From the human T2T-CHM13v2.0 reference genome, Homo sapiens, in the NCBI RefSeq assembly GCF_009914755.1, contig NC_060946.1: DNA of 64,000 nucleotides; one strand, written 5' to 3'. The notes below the pieces were generated by a model. It worked only from the letters and a program-made list of their open reading frames with translations, was not told the DNA's origin and did not search any database. Numbering within the stretch: position 1 is the stretch's first letter; each line of letters starts with the position of its first letter. Of this stretch, positions 12,501 to 27,200 are shown one piece after another. The position numbers and the translations under genes were made by a program.

Positions 12501-15500
12501 ATCCACCTCTGTTAGCTGAGTTCACACTTCACAAACAAGTTTATCAGACTGCTTCTGTCTAGTTTTTATTTGAAGATATATCCTTTCTCACTATAGACCT
12601 GAAAGCTCTCCTAAAGTTCACTTCCAGATACTACAGAAAGAGTTTTTCAAAACTGCTGTACGAAAGGGAATGTTCAACTCTGTGACTTGAAAGCACACAT
12701 CACAAGGAAGATTCTGAGGATGCTGCTGTCTACTTTTTATACGTAATCCCGTTTCCAACGAAATCCCCCAAGCTATCCAAATATCCACTTGCAGATTCCA
12801 CAGAAAGACTGTTTCAAAACTGCTCTGTCAATAGAAAGGTTCAACTCTATTAGCTGCGTGCATATATCCCAAAGAAGATTCTGAGATTGCTTCTGTCTAG
12901 TTTTTATGGGAAGATATTTCCCTTTTCACCGTAGGTGTCAAGGCGCTCCAAATGTCCACTTCCAGATACTACAAAAAGAGTGTTTCAAACCTACTCTGTG
13001 AAAGGGAATATTCCGCTCTGTGACTTGAATGCAGATATCACAATGAAGTTTCTGAGAATGCTTCTGTCGAGATTTTATTTGAAGATATTCCCGTTTCCAA
13101 CAAAATCCTGAAATCTATCCAAATATCCCCTCGCAGATTCTACAAAAAGAGTGTTTCAAAACTGCTCTGTAAAAAGAAAGGTTCAACTCTGTTAGTTGAG
13201 TACACACATCACAAACAAGTTTCACAGAATGCTTCTTTCTAGCTTGTAGGGGAAGATATTCCCTTTATCACCATGGGCCTCAAACCGTCCGAAACGTTTA
13301 CTTCCATATACTACAAAAAGAGCGTTTCAAACCTGCTCTATGAAAGGCAATGTTCAACTGTGTGACTTGAATGCAGACATCACAGAGCAGTTTCTGAGAA
13401 TGCTTCTGTCTAGATTTTATAGGAAGATATTTCCGTTTCCAACGAAACCTTCACAGCTATCCAAATATCCACTTGCAGATTCTACAAAAAGTGTGTATCA
13501 AAATTGCTCTGTCAAAAGGTAGGTTCTTCTCTGTTAGTTGAGTACATACGTCATAAAGGAGTTTCTGAGAATGTTTCTGTCTAGTGGTTACGGGAAGATA
13601 TTTGCTTTTGCACCTTAGGCCTCAGAGCGCTCCAAATATCCACTTGCACATACTACAAAAAGAGTGCTTCAAAGCTGCTCTCTGAAACGGAATGTTCAAC
13701 TCTATGAGTTGAATGCAAACATCACAAAGACGTTTCTGAGAATGCTTCTGTCTAGATTTGATATGAAGATATTCCCGTTTCCAACGAAATCTTCAAATCT
13801 ATCCAAATGTCCACTTGCAGATTCAACAAAGTGTTTCTCAAAACTGCTGTATCAAAAGAAAGATTAACCTCTGTTACCTGAGTTCACACTTCGCAAACAA
13901 GTTTATGAGAATGCTTCTGTCTAGTTTTTATTTGAAGATATTTCCTTTCTCACCATAGACCTGAAAGCTGTCCTAATGTTCACTTCCAGATACTACTGAA
14001 AGAGCGTTTCAAAACTGCTGTACGAAAGGGAATGTTCAACTCTGTGACTTGAATGCACACATCACAAAGAAGTTTCTGAGGATGCTGCTGTCTACTTTTT
14101 ATACGTAATCCCGTTTCCAACGAAATCCTCCAATCTATCCAAATATCCACTTGCAGATTCCACAGAAAGACTGTTTCAAAACTGCTCTGTCAATAGAAAG
14201 GTTCAACTCTGTTAGCTGTGTGCATATATCCCAAAGAAGATTCTGAGATTGCTTCTGTCTAGTTTTTATGGGAAGATATTTCCCTTTTCACCGTAGGTGT
14301 CAAGGCGCTCCAAATGTCCACTTCCAGATACTACAAAAAGAGTGTTTCAAACCTACTCTCTGAAAGGGAATATTCAACTCTGTGACTTGAATGCAGATAT
14401 CACAATGAAGTTTCTGAGAATGCTTCTGTCGAGATTTTATATGAAGATATTCCCGTTTCCAACGAAATCCTGAAATCTATCCAAATATCCCCTCGCAGAT
14501 TCTACAAAAAGAGTGTTTCAAAACTGCTCTGTAAAAAGAAAGGTTCAACTCTGTTAGTTGAGTACACACATCACAAACAAGTTTCACAGAATGCTTCTTT
14601 CTAGCTTGTAGGGGAAGATATTCCCTTTAACACCATGGGCCTCAAACCGTCCGAAACGTCCACTTCCATATACTACAAAAAGAGCGTTTCAAACCTGCTC
14701 TATGAAAGGCAATGTTCAACTCTGTGACTTGAATGCAGACATCACAGAGCAGTTTCTGAGAATGCTTCTGTCTAGATTTTATAGGAAGATATTCCCGTTT
14801 CCAACGAAATCTTCACAGCTATCCAAATATCCACTTGCAGATTCTACAAAAAGAGTGTATCAAAACTGCTCTGTCAAAAGGAAGGTTCTTCTCTGTTAGG
14901 TGACTGCATACGTCATAAAGGAGTTTCTGAGAATGTTTCTGTCTAGTGGTTATGGGAAGATATTTGCTTTTTCACCGTAGGCCTCAGAGCGCTCCAAATA
15001 TCCACTTGCACATACTACAAAAAGAGTGCTTCAAAGCTGCTCTCTGAAACGGAATGTTCAACTCTATGAGTTGAATGCAAACATCACAAAGACGTTTCTG
15101 AGAATGCTTCTGTCTAGATTTGATATGAAGATATTCCCGTTTCCAACGAAATCTTCAAATCTATCCAAATGTCCACTTGCAGATTCAACAAAAAGTGTTT
15201 TTCAAAACTGCTGTATCAAAAGAAAGATCCACCTATGTTAGCTGAGTTCACACATCACAAACAAGTTTATGAGAATGCTTCTGTCTAGTTTTTATTTGAA
15301 GATATTTCCTTTCTCACCATAGACCTGAAAGCTGTCCTAATGTTCACTTCCAGATACGACAGAAAGAGTGTTTCAAAACTGCTGTACGAAAGGTAATGTT
15401 CAACTCTGTGACTTGAATGCACACATCACAAAGAAGTTTCTGAGGATGTTGCTGTCTACTTTTTATACGTAATCCCGTTTCCAACGAAATCCTCCAAGCT

Positions 15501-18500
15501 ATCCAAATATCCACTTGCAGATTCCACAGAAAGACTGTTTCAAAACTGCTCTGTCAATAGAAAGGTGCAACTCTGTTAGCTGCGTGCATATATCCCAAAA
15601 CAGATTCTGAGATTGCTTCTGTCTAGTTTTTAAGGGAAGATATTTCCCTTTTCACCGTAGGCGTCAAGGCGCTCCAAATGTCCACTTCCAGATACTACAA
15701 AAAGAGTGTTTCAAACCTACTCTGTGAAAGGGAATATTCAACTCTGTGACTTGAATGCACATATCATAAAGAAGTTTCTGGGAATGCTTCTGTCGAGATT
15801 TTATAGGAAGATATTCCCGTTTCCAACGAAATCATGAATTCTATCCAAATAACCCCTCGCAGATTCTACAAAAAGAGTGTTTCAAAACTGCTCTGTAAAA
15901 AGAAAGGTTCAACTCTGTTAGTTGAGTACACACATCACAAACAAGTTTCACAGAATGCTTCTCTCTAGCTTGTAGGGGAAGATATTTCCTATATCACCAT
16001 GGGCCTCAAACTGTCCGAATCGTCCCCTTCTATATACTAAAAAAAGAGTGTTTGAAACCTCCTCTATGAAAGGCAATGTTCTACTCTGTGACTTGAATGC
16101 AGACATCACAGGGCAGTTTCTGAGAATGCTTCTGTCCAGAGTTTATAGGAAGATATTCCCGTTTCCAACGAAATCTTCACAGCTATCCAAATATCCACTT
16201 GCAGATACTAAAAAAGAGTGTATCAAAAATGCGCTGTCAAAAGGAAAGTTCTTCTCTGCTAGTTGAGTACATTCGTCATAAAGATATTTCTGAGAATGTT
16301 TCTGTCTAGTGGTTATGGGAAGATATTTGCTTTTTCACCGTAGGCCTCAGAGCGCTCCAAATATGCACTTGCACATACTACAAAAAGAGTGCTTCAAAGC
16401 TGCTCTCTGAAAGGGAATGTTCAACTCTATGAGTTGAATGCCAACATCAGAAAGACGTTTCTGAGAATGCTTCTGTCTAGATTTGATATGAAGATATTCC
16501 CGTTTCCAACGTAATCTTCAAATCTATCCAAATGTCCCCTTGCAGATTCAACAAAGTGTTTTTCAAAACTACTGTACCAAAGAAAGATCCACCTCTGTTA
16601 GCTGAGTTCACACTTCACAAACAAGTTTATCAGAATGCTTCTGTCTAGTTTTTATTTGAAGATATATCCTTTCTCACTATAGACATGAAAGCTCTCATAA
16701 AGTTCACTTCCAGATACTACAGAAAGAGTGTTTCAAAACTGCTGTACGAAAGGGAATGTTCAACTCTGTGACTTGAATGCACACATCACAAGGCTGTTTC
16801 TGAGGATGCTGCTGTCTACTTTTTATACGTAATCCCGTTTCCAACGAAATCCTCCAAGCTATCCAAATATCCACTTGCAGATTCCACAGAAAGACTGTTT
16901 CAAAACTGCTCTGTCAATAGAAAGGTTCAACTCTGTTAGCTGCGTGCATATATCCCAAAGAAGATTCTGAGATTGCTTCTGTCTAGTTTTTATGGGAAGA
17001 TATTTCCCTTTTCACCGTAGGCGTCAAGGCGCTCCAAATGTCCACTTCCAGATACTACAAAAAGAGTGTTTCAAACCTACTCTGCGAAAGAGAATATTCA
17101 ACTCTGTGACTTGAAGGCAGATATCAGAAATAAGTTTCTGAGAATGCTTCTGTCGAGATTTTATATGAAGATATTCCCGTTTCCAACGAAATCCTGAAAT
17201 CTATCCAAATATCCCCTCGCAGATTCTACAAAAAGAGTGTTTCAAAACTGCTCTGTAAAAAGAAAGGTTCAACTCTGTTAGTTGAGTACACACATCACAA
17301 ACAAGTTTCACAGAATGCTTCTTTCTAGCTTGTAGGGGAAGATATTCCCTTTATCACCATGGGCCTCAAACCGTCCGAAACGTTTACTTCCATATACTAC
17401 AAAAAGAGCGTTTCAAACCTGCTCTATGAAAGGCAATGTTCAACTCTGTGACTTGAATGCAGACATCACAGAGCAGTTTCTGAGAATGCTTCTGTCTAGA
17501 TTTTATAGGAAGATATTTCCGTTTCCAACGAAACCTTCACAGCTATCCAAATATCCACTTGCAGATTCTACAAAAAGAGTGTATCAAAACTGCTCTGTCA
17601 AAAGGAAGGTTCTTCTCTGTTAGTTGAGTACATACGTCATAAAGGAGTTTCTGAGAATGTTTCTGTCTAGTGGTTACGGGAAGATATTTGCTTTTTCACC
17701 TTAGGCCTCAGAGCGCTCCAAATATCCACTTGCACATACTACAAAAAGAGTGCTTCAAAGCTGCTCTCTGAAACGGAATGTTCAACTCTATGAGTTGAAT
17801 GCAAACATCACAAAGACGTTTCTGAGAATGCTTCTGTCTAGATTTGATATGAAGATATTCCCGTTTCCAACGAAATCTTCAAATCTATCCAAATGTCCAC
17901 TTGCAGATTCAACAAAAAGTGTTTTTCAGAACTGCTCTATCAAAAGAAAGATCCACCTCTGTTAGCTGGGTTCACACATCACAAACAAGTTTATGAGAAT
18001 GCTTCTGTCTAGTTTTTATTTGAAGATATTTCCTTTCTCACCATAGACCTGAAAGCTGTCCTAATGTTCACTTCCAGATACTACAGAAAGAGCGTTTCAA
18101 AACTGCTGTATGAAAGGGAATGTTCAACTCTGTGACTTGAATGCACACATCACAAAGAAGTTTCTGAGGATGCTGCTGTCTACTTTTTATACGTAATCCC
18201 GTTTCCAACGAAATCCTCCAATCTATCCAAATATCCACTTGCAGATTCCACAGAAACACTGTTTCAAAACTGCTCTGTCAATAGAAAGGTTCAACTCTGT
18301 TAGCTGCGTGCATATATCCCAAAGAAGATTCTGAGATTGCTTCTGTCTAGTTTTTATGGGAAGATATTTCCCTTTTCACCGTAGGTGTCAAGGCGCTCCA
18401 AATGTCCACTTCCAGATACTACAAAAAGAGTGTTTCAAACCTACTCTCTGAAAGGGAATATTCAACTCTGTGACTTGAATGCAGATATCACAATGAAGTT

Positions 18501-21500
18501 TCTGAGAATGCTTCTGTCGAGATTTTATATGAAGATATTCCCGTTTCCAACGAAATCCTGAAATCTATCCAAATATCCCCTCGCAGATTCTACAAAAAGA
18601 GTGTTTCAAAACTGCTCTGTAAAAAGAAAGGTTCAACTCTGTTAGTTGAGTACACACATCACAAACAAGTTTCACAGAATTCTTCTTTCTAGCTTGTAGG
18701 GGAAGATATTCCCTTTAACACCATGGGCCTCAAACCGTCCGAAACGTCCACTTCCATATACTACAAAAAGAGCGTTTCAAACCTGCTCTATGAAAGGCAA
18801 TGTTCAACTCTGTGACTTGAATGCAGACATCACAGAGCAGTTTCTGAGAATGCTTCTGTCTAGATTTTATAGGAAGATATTCCCGTTTCCAACGAAATCT
18901 TCACAGCTATCCAAATATCCACTTGCAGATTCTACAAAAAGAGTGTATCAAAACTGCTCTGTCAAAAGGAAGGTTCTTCTCTGTTAGGTGAGTGCATACG
19001 TCATAAAGGAGTTTCTGAGAATGTTTCTGTCTAGTGGTTATGGGAAGATATTTGCTTTTTCACCGTAGGCCTCAGAGCGCTCCAAATATCCGCTTGCACA
19101 TACTACAAAAAGAGTGCTTCAAAGCTGCTCTCTGAAACGGAATGTTCAACTCTATGAGTTGAATGCAAACATCACAAAGACGTTTCTGAGAATGCTTCCG
19201 TCTAGATTTGATATGAAGATATTCCCGTTTCCAACGACATCTTCAAATCTATCCAAATGTCCACTTGCAGATTCAACAAAAAGTGTTTTTCAGAACTGCT
19301 CTATCAAAAGAAAGATCCATCTCTGTTAGCTGAGTTCACACATCACAAACAAGTTTATGAGAATGCTTCTGTCTAGTTTTTATTTGAAGATATTTCCTTT
19401 CTCACCATAGACCTGAAAGCTGTCCTAATGTTCACTTCCAGATACTACAGAAAGAGTGTTTCAAAACTGCTGTACGAAAGGGAATGTTCAACTCTGTGAC
19501 TTGAATGCACACATCACAAACAAGTTTCTGAGGATGCTGCTGTCTACTTTTTATACGTAATCCCGTTTCCAAAGAAATCCTCCAAGCTATCCAAATATCC
19601 ACTTGCAGATTCCACAGAAAGACTGTTTCAAAACTGCTCTGTCAATAGAAAGGTTCAACTCTGTTAGCTGCGTGCATATATCCCAAAGAAGATTCCGAGA
19701 TTGCTTCTGTCTAGTTTTTATGGGAAGATATTTCCCTTTTCACCGTAGGTGTCAAGGCGCTCCAAATGTCCACTTCCAGATACTACAAAAAGAGTGTTTC
19801 AAACCTACTCTCTGAAAGGGAATATTCAACTCTGTGACTTGAATGCAGATATCACAATGAAGTTTCTGAGAATGCTTCTGTCGAGATTTTATATGAAGAT
19901 ATTCCCGTTTCCAACGAAATCCTGAAATCTATCCAAATATCCCCTCGCAGATTCTACAAAAAGAGTGTTTCAAAACTGCTCTGTAAAAAGAAAGGTTCAA
20001 CCCTGTTAGTTGAGTACACACATCACAAACAAGTTTCACAGAATGCTTCTTTCTAGCTTGTAGGGGAAGATATTCCCTTTATCACCATGGGCCTCAAACC
20101 GTCCGAAACGTTTACTTCCATATACTACAAAAAGAGCGTTTCAAACCTGCTCTATGAAAGGCAATGTTCAACTCTGTGACTTGAATGCAGACATCACAGC
20201 GCAGTTTCTGAGAATGCTTCTGTCTAGATTTTATAGGAAGATATTTCCGTTTCCAACGAAACCTTCACAACTATCCAAATATCCACTTGCAGATTCTACA
20301 AAAAGAGTGTATCAAAACTGCTCTGTCAAAAGGAAGGTTCTTCTCTGTTATTTGAGTACATACGTCATAAAGGAGTTTCTGAGAATGTTTCTGTCTAGTG
20401 GTTACGGGAAGATATTTGCTTTTTCACCTTAGGCCTCACAGTGCTCCAAATATCCACTTGCACATACTACAAAAAGAGTGCTTCAAAGCTGCTCTCTGAA
20501 ACGGAATGTTCAACTCTATGAGTTGAATGCAAACATCACAAAGACGTTTCTGAGAATGCTTCTGTCTAGATTTGATATGAAGATATTCCCGTTTCCAACG
20601 AAATCTTCAAATCTATCCAAATGTCCACTTGCAGATTCAACAAAAAGTGTTTTTCAGAACTGCTGTATCAAAAGAAAGATCCACCTCTGTTAGCTGAGTT
20701 CACACATCACAAACAAGTTTTTGAGAATGCTTCTGTCTAGTTTTTATTTGAAGATATTTCCTTTCTCACCATAGACCTGGAAGCTGTCCTAATGTTCACT
20801 TCCAGATACTACAGAAAGAGTGTTTCAAAACTGCTGTACGAAAGGGAATGTTCAACACTGTGACTTGAATGCACACATCACAAAGAAGTTTCTGAGGATG
20901 CTGCTGTCTACTTTTTATACGTAATCCCGTTTCCAACGAAATCCTCCAAGCTATCCAAATATCCACTTGCAGATTCCACAGAAAGACTGTTTCAAAACTG
21001 CTCTGTCAATAGAAAGGTGCAACTCTGTTAGCTGCGTGCATATATCCCAAAACAGATTCTGAGATTGCTTCTGTCTAGTTTTTAAGGGAAGATATTTCCC
21101 TTTTCACCGTAGGCGTCAAGGCGCTCCAAATGTCCACTTCCAGATACTACAAAAAGAGTGTTTCAAACCTACTCTGTGAAAGGGAATATTCAACTCTGTG
21201 ACTTGAATGCACATATCATAAAGAAGTTTCTGGGAATGCTTCTGTCGAGATTTTATAGGAAGATATTCCCGTTTCCAACGAAATCATGAATTCTATCCAA
21301 ATAACCCCTCGCAGATTCTACAAAAAGAGTGTTTCAAAACTGCTCTGTAAAAAGAAAGGTTCAACTCTGTTAGTTGAGTACACACATCACAAACAAGTTT
21401 CACAGAATGCTTCTCTCTAGCTTGTAGGGGAAGATATTTCCTATATCACCATGGGCCTCAAAGTGTCCGAATCGTCCCCTTCCATATACTAAAAAAAGAG

Positions 21501-24500
21501 TGTTTGAAACCTCCTCTATGAAAGGCAATGTTCTACTCTGTGACTTGAATGCAGACATCACAGGGCAGTTTCTGAGAATGCTTCTGTCCAGAGTTTATAG
21601 GAAGATATTCCCGTTTCCAACGAAATCTTCACAGCTATCCAAATATCCACTTGCAGATACTAAAAAAGAGTGTATCAAAAATGCGCTGTCAAAAGGAAAG
21701 TTCTTCTCTGCTAGTTGAGTACATACGTCATAAAGGAGTTTCTGAGAATGTTTCTGTCTAGTGGTTATGGGAAGATATTTGCTTTTTCACCGTAGGCCTC
21801 AGAGCGCTCCAAATATGCACTTGCACATACTACAAAAAGAGTGCTTCAAAGCTGCTCTCTGAAACGGAATGTTCAACTCTATGAGTTGAATGCCAACATC
21901 ACAAAGACGTTTCTGAGAATGCTTCTGTCTAGATTTGATATGAAGATATTCCCGTTTCCAACGTAATCTTCAAATCTATCCAAATGTCCCCTTGCAGATT
22001 CAACAAAGTGTTTTTCAAAACTGCTGTACCAAAGAAAGATCCACCTCTGTTAGCTGAGTTCACACTTCACAAACAAGTTTATCAGAATGCTTCTGTCTAG
22101 TTTTTATTTGAAGATATATCCTTTCTCACTATAGACCTGAAAGCTCTCATAAAGTTCACTTCCAGATACTACAGAAAGAGTGTTTCAAAACTGCTGTACG
22201 AAAGGGAATGTTCAACTCTGTGACTTGAATGCACACATCACAAGGATGTTTCTGAGGATGCTGCTGTCTACTTTTTATACGTAATCCCGTTTCCAACGAA
22301 ATCCTCCAAGCTATCCAAATATCCACTTGCAGATTCCACAGAAAGACTGTTTCAAAACTGCTCTGTCAATAGAAAGGTTCAACTCTGTTAGCTGCGTGCA
22401 TATATCCCAAAGAAGATTCTGAGATTGCTTCTGTCTAGTTTTTATGGGAAGATATTTCCCTTTTCACCGTAGGTGTCAAGGCGCTCCAAATGTCCACTTA
22501 CAGATACTACAAAAAGAGTGTTTCAAACCTACTCTGTGAAAGGGAATATTCAACTCTGTGACTTGAATGCAGATATCACAAAGAAGTTTCTGAGAATGCT
22601 TCTGTCGAGATTTTATATGAAGATATTCCCGTTTCCAACGAAATCCTGAAATCTATCCAAATATCCCCTCGCAGATTCTACAAAAAGAGTGTTTCAAAAC
22701 TGCTCTGTAAAAGGAAAGGTTCAACTCTGTTAGTTGAGTACACACATCACAAACAAGTTTCACAGAATGCTTCTTTCTAGCTGCTAGGGGAAGATATTCC
22801 CTTTATCACCATGGGCCTCAAACCGTCCGAAACGTCCACTTCCATATACTACAAAAAGAGCGTTTCAAACCTGCTCTAGGAAAGGCAATGTTCAACTCTG
22901 TGACTTGAATGCAGACATCACAGAGCAGTTTCTGAGAATGCTTCTGTCTAGATTTCATAGGAAGATATTCCCGTTTCCAACGAAATCTTCACAGCTATCC
23001 AAATATCCACTTGCAGATTCTACAAAAAGAGTGTATCAAAACTGCTCTGTCAAAAGGAAGGTTCTTCTCTGTTAGTTGAGTACATACGTCATAAAGGAGT
23101 TTCTGAGAATGTTTCTGTCTAGTGGTTATGGGAAGATATTTGCTTTTTCACCTTAGGCCTCAGAGCGCTCCAAATATCCACTTGCACATACTACAAAAAG
23201 AGTGCTTCAAAGCTGCTCTCTGAAAGGGAATGTTCAACTCTATGAGTTGAATGCAAACATCACAAAGACGTTTCTGAGAATGCTTCTGTCTAGATTTGAT
23301 ATGAAGATATTCCCGTTTCCAACGAAATCTTCAAATCTATCCAAATGTCCACTTGCAGATTCAACAAAGTGTTTCTCAAAACTGCTGTATCAAAAGAAAG
23401 ATCCACCTCTGTTACCTGAGTTCACACTTCGCAAACAAGTTTATGAGAATGCTTCTGTCTAGTTTTTATTTGAAGATATTTCCTTTCTCACCATAGACCT
23501 GAAAGCTGTCCTAATGTTCACTTCCAGATACTACAGAAAGAGCGTTTCAAAACTGCTGTACGAAAGGGAATGTTCAACTCTGTGACTTGAATGCACACAT
23601 CACAAAGTTGTTTCTGAGGATGCTGCTGTCTACTTTTTATACGTAATCCCGTTTCCAACGAAATCCTCCAATCTATCCAAATATCCACTTGCAGATTCTA
23701 CAGAAAGACTGTTTCAAAACTGCTCTGTCAATAGAAAGGTTCAACTCTGTTAGCTGCGTGCATATATCCCAAAGAAGATTCCGAGATTGCTTCTGTCTAG
23801 TTTTTATGGGAAGATATTTCCCTTTTCACCGTAGGTGTCAAGGCGCTCCAAATGTCCACTTCCAGATACTACAAAAAGAGTGTTTCAAACCTACTCTGTG
23901 AAAGGGAATATTCAACTCTGTGCCTTGAATGCAGATATCACAATGAAGTTTCTGAGAATGCTTCTGTCGAGATTTTATATGAAGATATTCCCGTTTCCAA
24001 CGAAATCCTGAAATCTATCCAAATATCCCCTCGCAGATTCTACAAAAAGAGTGTTTCAAAACTGCTCTGTAAAAAGAAACGTTCAACCCTGTTAGTTGAG
24101 TACACACATCACAAACAAGTTTCACAGAATGCTTCTTTCTAGCTTGTAGGGGAAGATATTCCCTTTATCACCATGGGCCTCAAACCGTCCGAAACGTTTA
24201 CTTCCATATACTACAAAAAGAGCGTTTCAAACCTGCTCTATGAAAGGCAATGTTCAACTGTGTGACTTGAATGCAGACATCACAGAGCAGTTTCTGAGAA
24301 TGCTTCTGTCTAGATTTTATAGGAAGATATTTCCGTTTCCAACGAAACCTTCACAGCTATCCAAATATCCACTTGCAGATTCTACAAAAAGTGTGTATCA
24401 AAATTGCTCTGTCAAAAGGTAGGTTCTTCTCTGTTAGTTGAGTACATACGTCATAAAGGAGTTTCTGAGAATGTTTCTGTCTAGTGGTTACGGGAAGATA

Positions 24501-27200
24501 TTTGCTTTTGCACCTTAGGCCTCAGAGCGCTCCAAATATCCACTTGCACATACTACAAAAAGAGTGCTTCAAAGCTGCTCTCTGAAACGGAATGTTCAAC
24601 TCTATGAGTTGAATGCAAACATCACAAAGACGTTTCTGAGAATGCTTCTGTCTAGATTTGATATGAAGATATTCCCGTTTCCAACGAAATCTTCAAATCT
24701 ATCCAAATGTCCACTTGCAGATTCAACAAAGTGTTTCTCAAAACTGCTGTATCAAAAGAAAGATCCACCTCTGTTACCTGAGTTCACACTTCGCAAACAA
24801 GTTTATGAGAATGCTTCTGTCTAGTTTTTATTTGAAGATATTTCCTTTCTCACCATAGACCTGAAAGCTGTCCTAATGTTCACTTCCAGATACTACAGAA
24901 AGAGCGTTTCAAAACTGCTGTACGAAAGGGAATGTTCAACTCTGTGACTTGAATGCACACATCACAAAGAAGTTTCTGAGGATGCTGCTGTCTACTTTTT
25001 ATACGTAATCCCGTTTCCAATGAAATCCTCCAATCTATCCAAATATCCACTTGCAGATTCCACAGAAAGACTGTTTCAAAACTGCTCTGTCAATAGAAAG
25101 GTTCAACTCTGTTAGCTGTGTGCATATATCCCAAAGAAGATTCTGAGATTGCTTCTGTCTAGTTTTTATGGGAAGATATTTCCCTTTTCACCGTAGGTGT
25201 CAAGGCGCTCCAAATGTCCACTTCCAGATACTACAAAAAGAGTGTTTCAAACCTACTCTCTGAAAGGGAATATTCAACTCTGTGACTTGAATGCAGATAT
25301 CACAATGAAGTTTCTGAGAATGCTTCTGTCGAGATTTTATATGAAGATATTCCCGTTTCCAACGAAATCCTGAAATCTATCCAAATATCCCCTCGCAGAT
25401 TCTACAAAAAGAGTGTTTCAAAACTGCTCTGTAAAAAGAAAGGTTCAACTCTGTTAGCTGAGTACACACATCACAAACAAGTTTCACAGAATGCTTCTTT
25501 CTAGCTTGTAGGGGAAGATATTCCCTTTAACACCATGGGCCTCAAACCGTCCGAAACGTCCACTTCCATATACTACAAAAAGAGCGTTTCAAACCTGCTC
25601 TATGAAAGGCAATGTTCAACTCTGTGACTTGAATGCAGACATCACAGAGCAGTTTCTGAGAATGCTTCTGTCTAGATTTTATAGGAAGATATTCCCGTTT
25701 CCAACGAAATCTTCACAGCTATCCAAATATCCACTTGCAGATTCTACAAAAAGAGTGTATCAAAACTGCTCTGTCAAAAGGAAGGTTCTTCTCTGTTAGG
25801 TGACTGCATACGTCATAAAGGAGTTTCTGAGAATGTTTCTGTCTAGTGGTTATGGGAAGATATTTGCTTTTTCACCGTAGGCCTCAGAGCGCTCCAAATA
25901 TCCACTTGCACATACTACAAAAAGAGTGCTTCAAAGCTGCTCTCTGAAACGGAATGTTCAACTCTATGAGTTGAATGCAAACATCACAAAGACGTTTCTG
26001 AGAATGCTTCTGTCTAGATTTGATATGAAGATATTCCCGTTTCCAACGAAATCTTCAAATCTATCCAAATGTCCACTTGCAGATTCAACAAAAAGTGTTT
26101 TTCAAAACTGCTGTATCAAAAGAAAGATCCACCTATGTTAGCTGAGTTCACACATCACAAACAAGTTTATGAGAATGCTTCTGTCTAGTTTTTATTTGAA
26201 GATATTTCCTTTCTCACCATAGACCTGAAAGCTGTCCTAATGTTCACTTCCAGATACGACAGAAAGAGTGTTTCAAAACTGCTGTACGAAAGGTAATGTT
26301 CAACTCTGTGACTTGAATGCACACATCACAAAGAAGATTCTGAGGATGTTGCTGTCTACTTTTTATACGTAATCCCGTTTCCAACGAAATCCTCCAAGCT
26401 ATCCAAATATCCACTTGCAGATTCCACAGAAAGACTGTTTCAAAACTGCTCTGTCAATAGAAAGGTGCAACTCTGTTAGCTGCGTGCATATATCCCAAAG
26501 CAGATTCTGAGATTGCTTCTGTCTAGTTTTTAAGGGAAGATATTTCCCTTTTCACCGTAGGCGTCAAGGCGCTCCAAATGTCCACTTCCAGATACTACAA
26601 AAAGAGTGTTTCAAACCTACTCTGTGAAAGGGAATATTCAACTCTGTGACTTGAATGCACATATCATAAAGAAGTTTCTGGGAATGCTTCTGTCGAGATT
26701 TTATAGGAAGATATTCCCGTTTCCAACGAAATCATGAATTCTATCCAAATAACCCCTCGCAGATTCTACAAAAAGAGTGTTTCAAAACTGCTCTGTAAAA
26801 AGAAAGGTTCAACTCTGTTAGTTGAGTACACACATCACAAACAAGTTTCACAGAATGCTTCTCTCTAGCTTGTAGGGGAAGATATTTCCTATATCACCAT
26901 GGGCCTCAAACTGTCCGAATCGTCCCCTTCCATATACTAAAAAAAGAGTGTTTGAAACCTCCTCTATGAAAGGCAATGTTCTACTCTGTGACTTGAATGC
27001 AGACATCACAGGGCAGTTTCTGAGAATGCTTCTGTCCAGAGTTTATAGGAAGATATTCCCGTTTCCAACGAAATCTTCACAGCTATCCAAATATCCACTT
27101 GCAGATACTAAAAAAGAGTGTATCAAAAATGCGCTGTCAAAAGGAAAGTTCTTCTCTGCTAGTTGAGTACATTCGTCATAAAGATATTTCTGAGAATGTT
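3600..27200. repeat. 10,900-bp (8-HOR) tandem duplication, ~2.2 periods; boundaries approximate
   Basis: Rare variants recur at exactly +10,900: tctgcgaaagag...ttgaaggcagatatcagaaataag at 6181/17081, cagaattctt at 7775/18675, ccaaagaaa at 8669/19569, agacctggaag at 9873/20773 and aaaaggtagg at 13515/24415. ORF-track starts agree: 5148/16048/26948, 9254/20154, 13340/24240. Confidence 0.92.
4667..5895. repeat. Divergent HOR haplotype tract 'V' (first of 10 copies)
   Basis: Linked markers include aaggtgcaa, tttaaggg, ctgggaatg, atcatgaattc, ctgtccgaatcgtcccct, acagggcag, aatgcgctg, atatgcac, ccaacgtaat, gtaccaaag and ctctcataaag. Other copies start at about 10119, 15567, 21019, 26467, 34646, 39097 (5'-truncated), 42806, 45528 and 50980. 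Confidence 0.9.
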
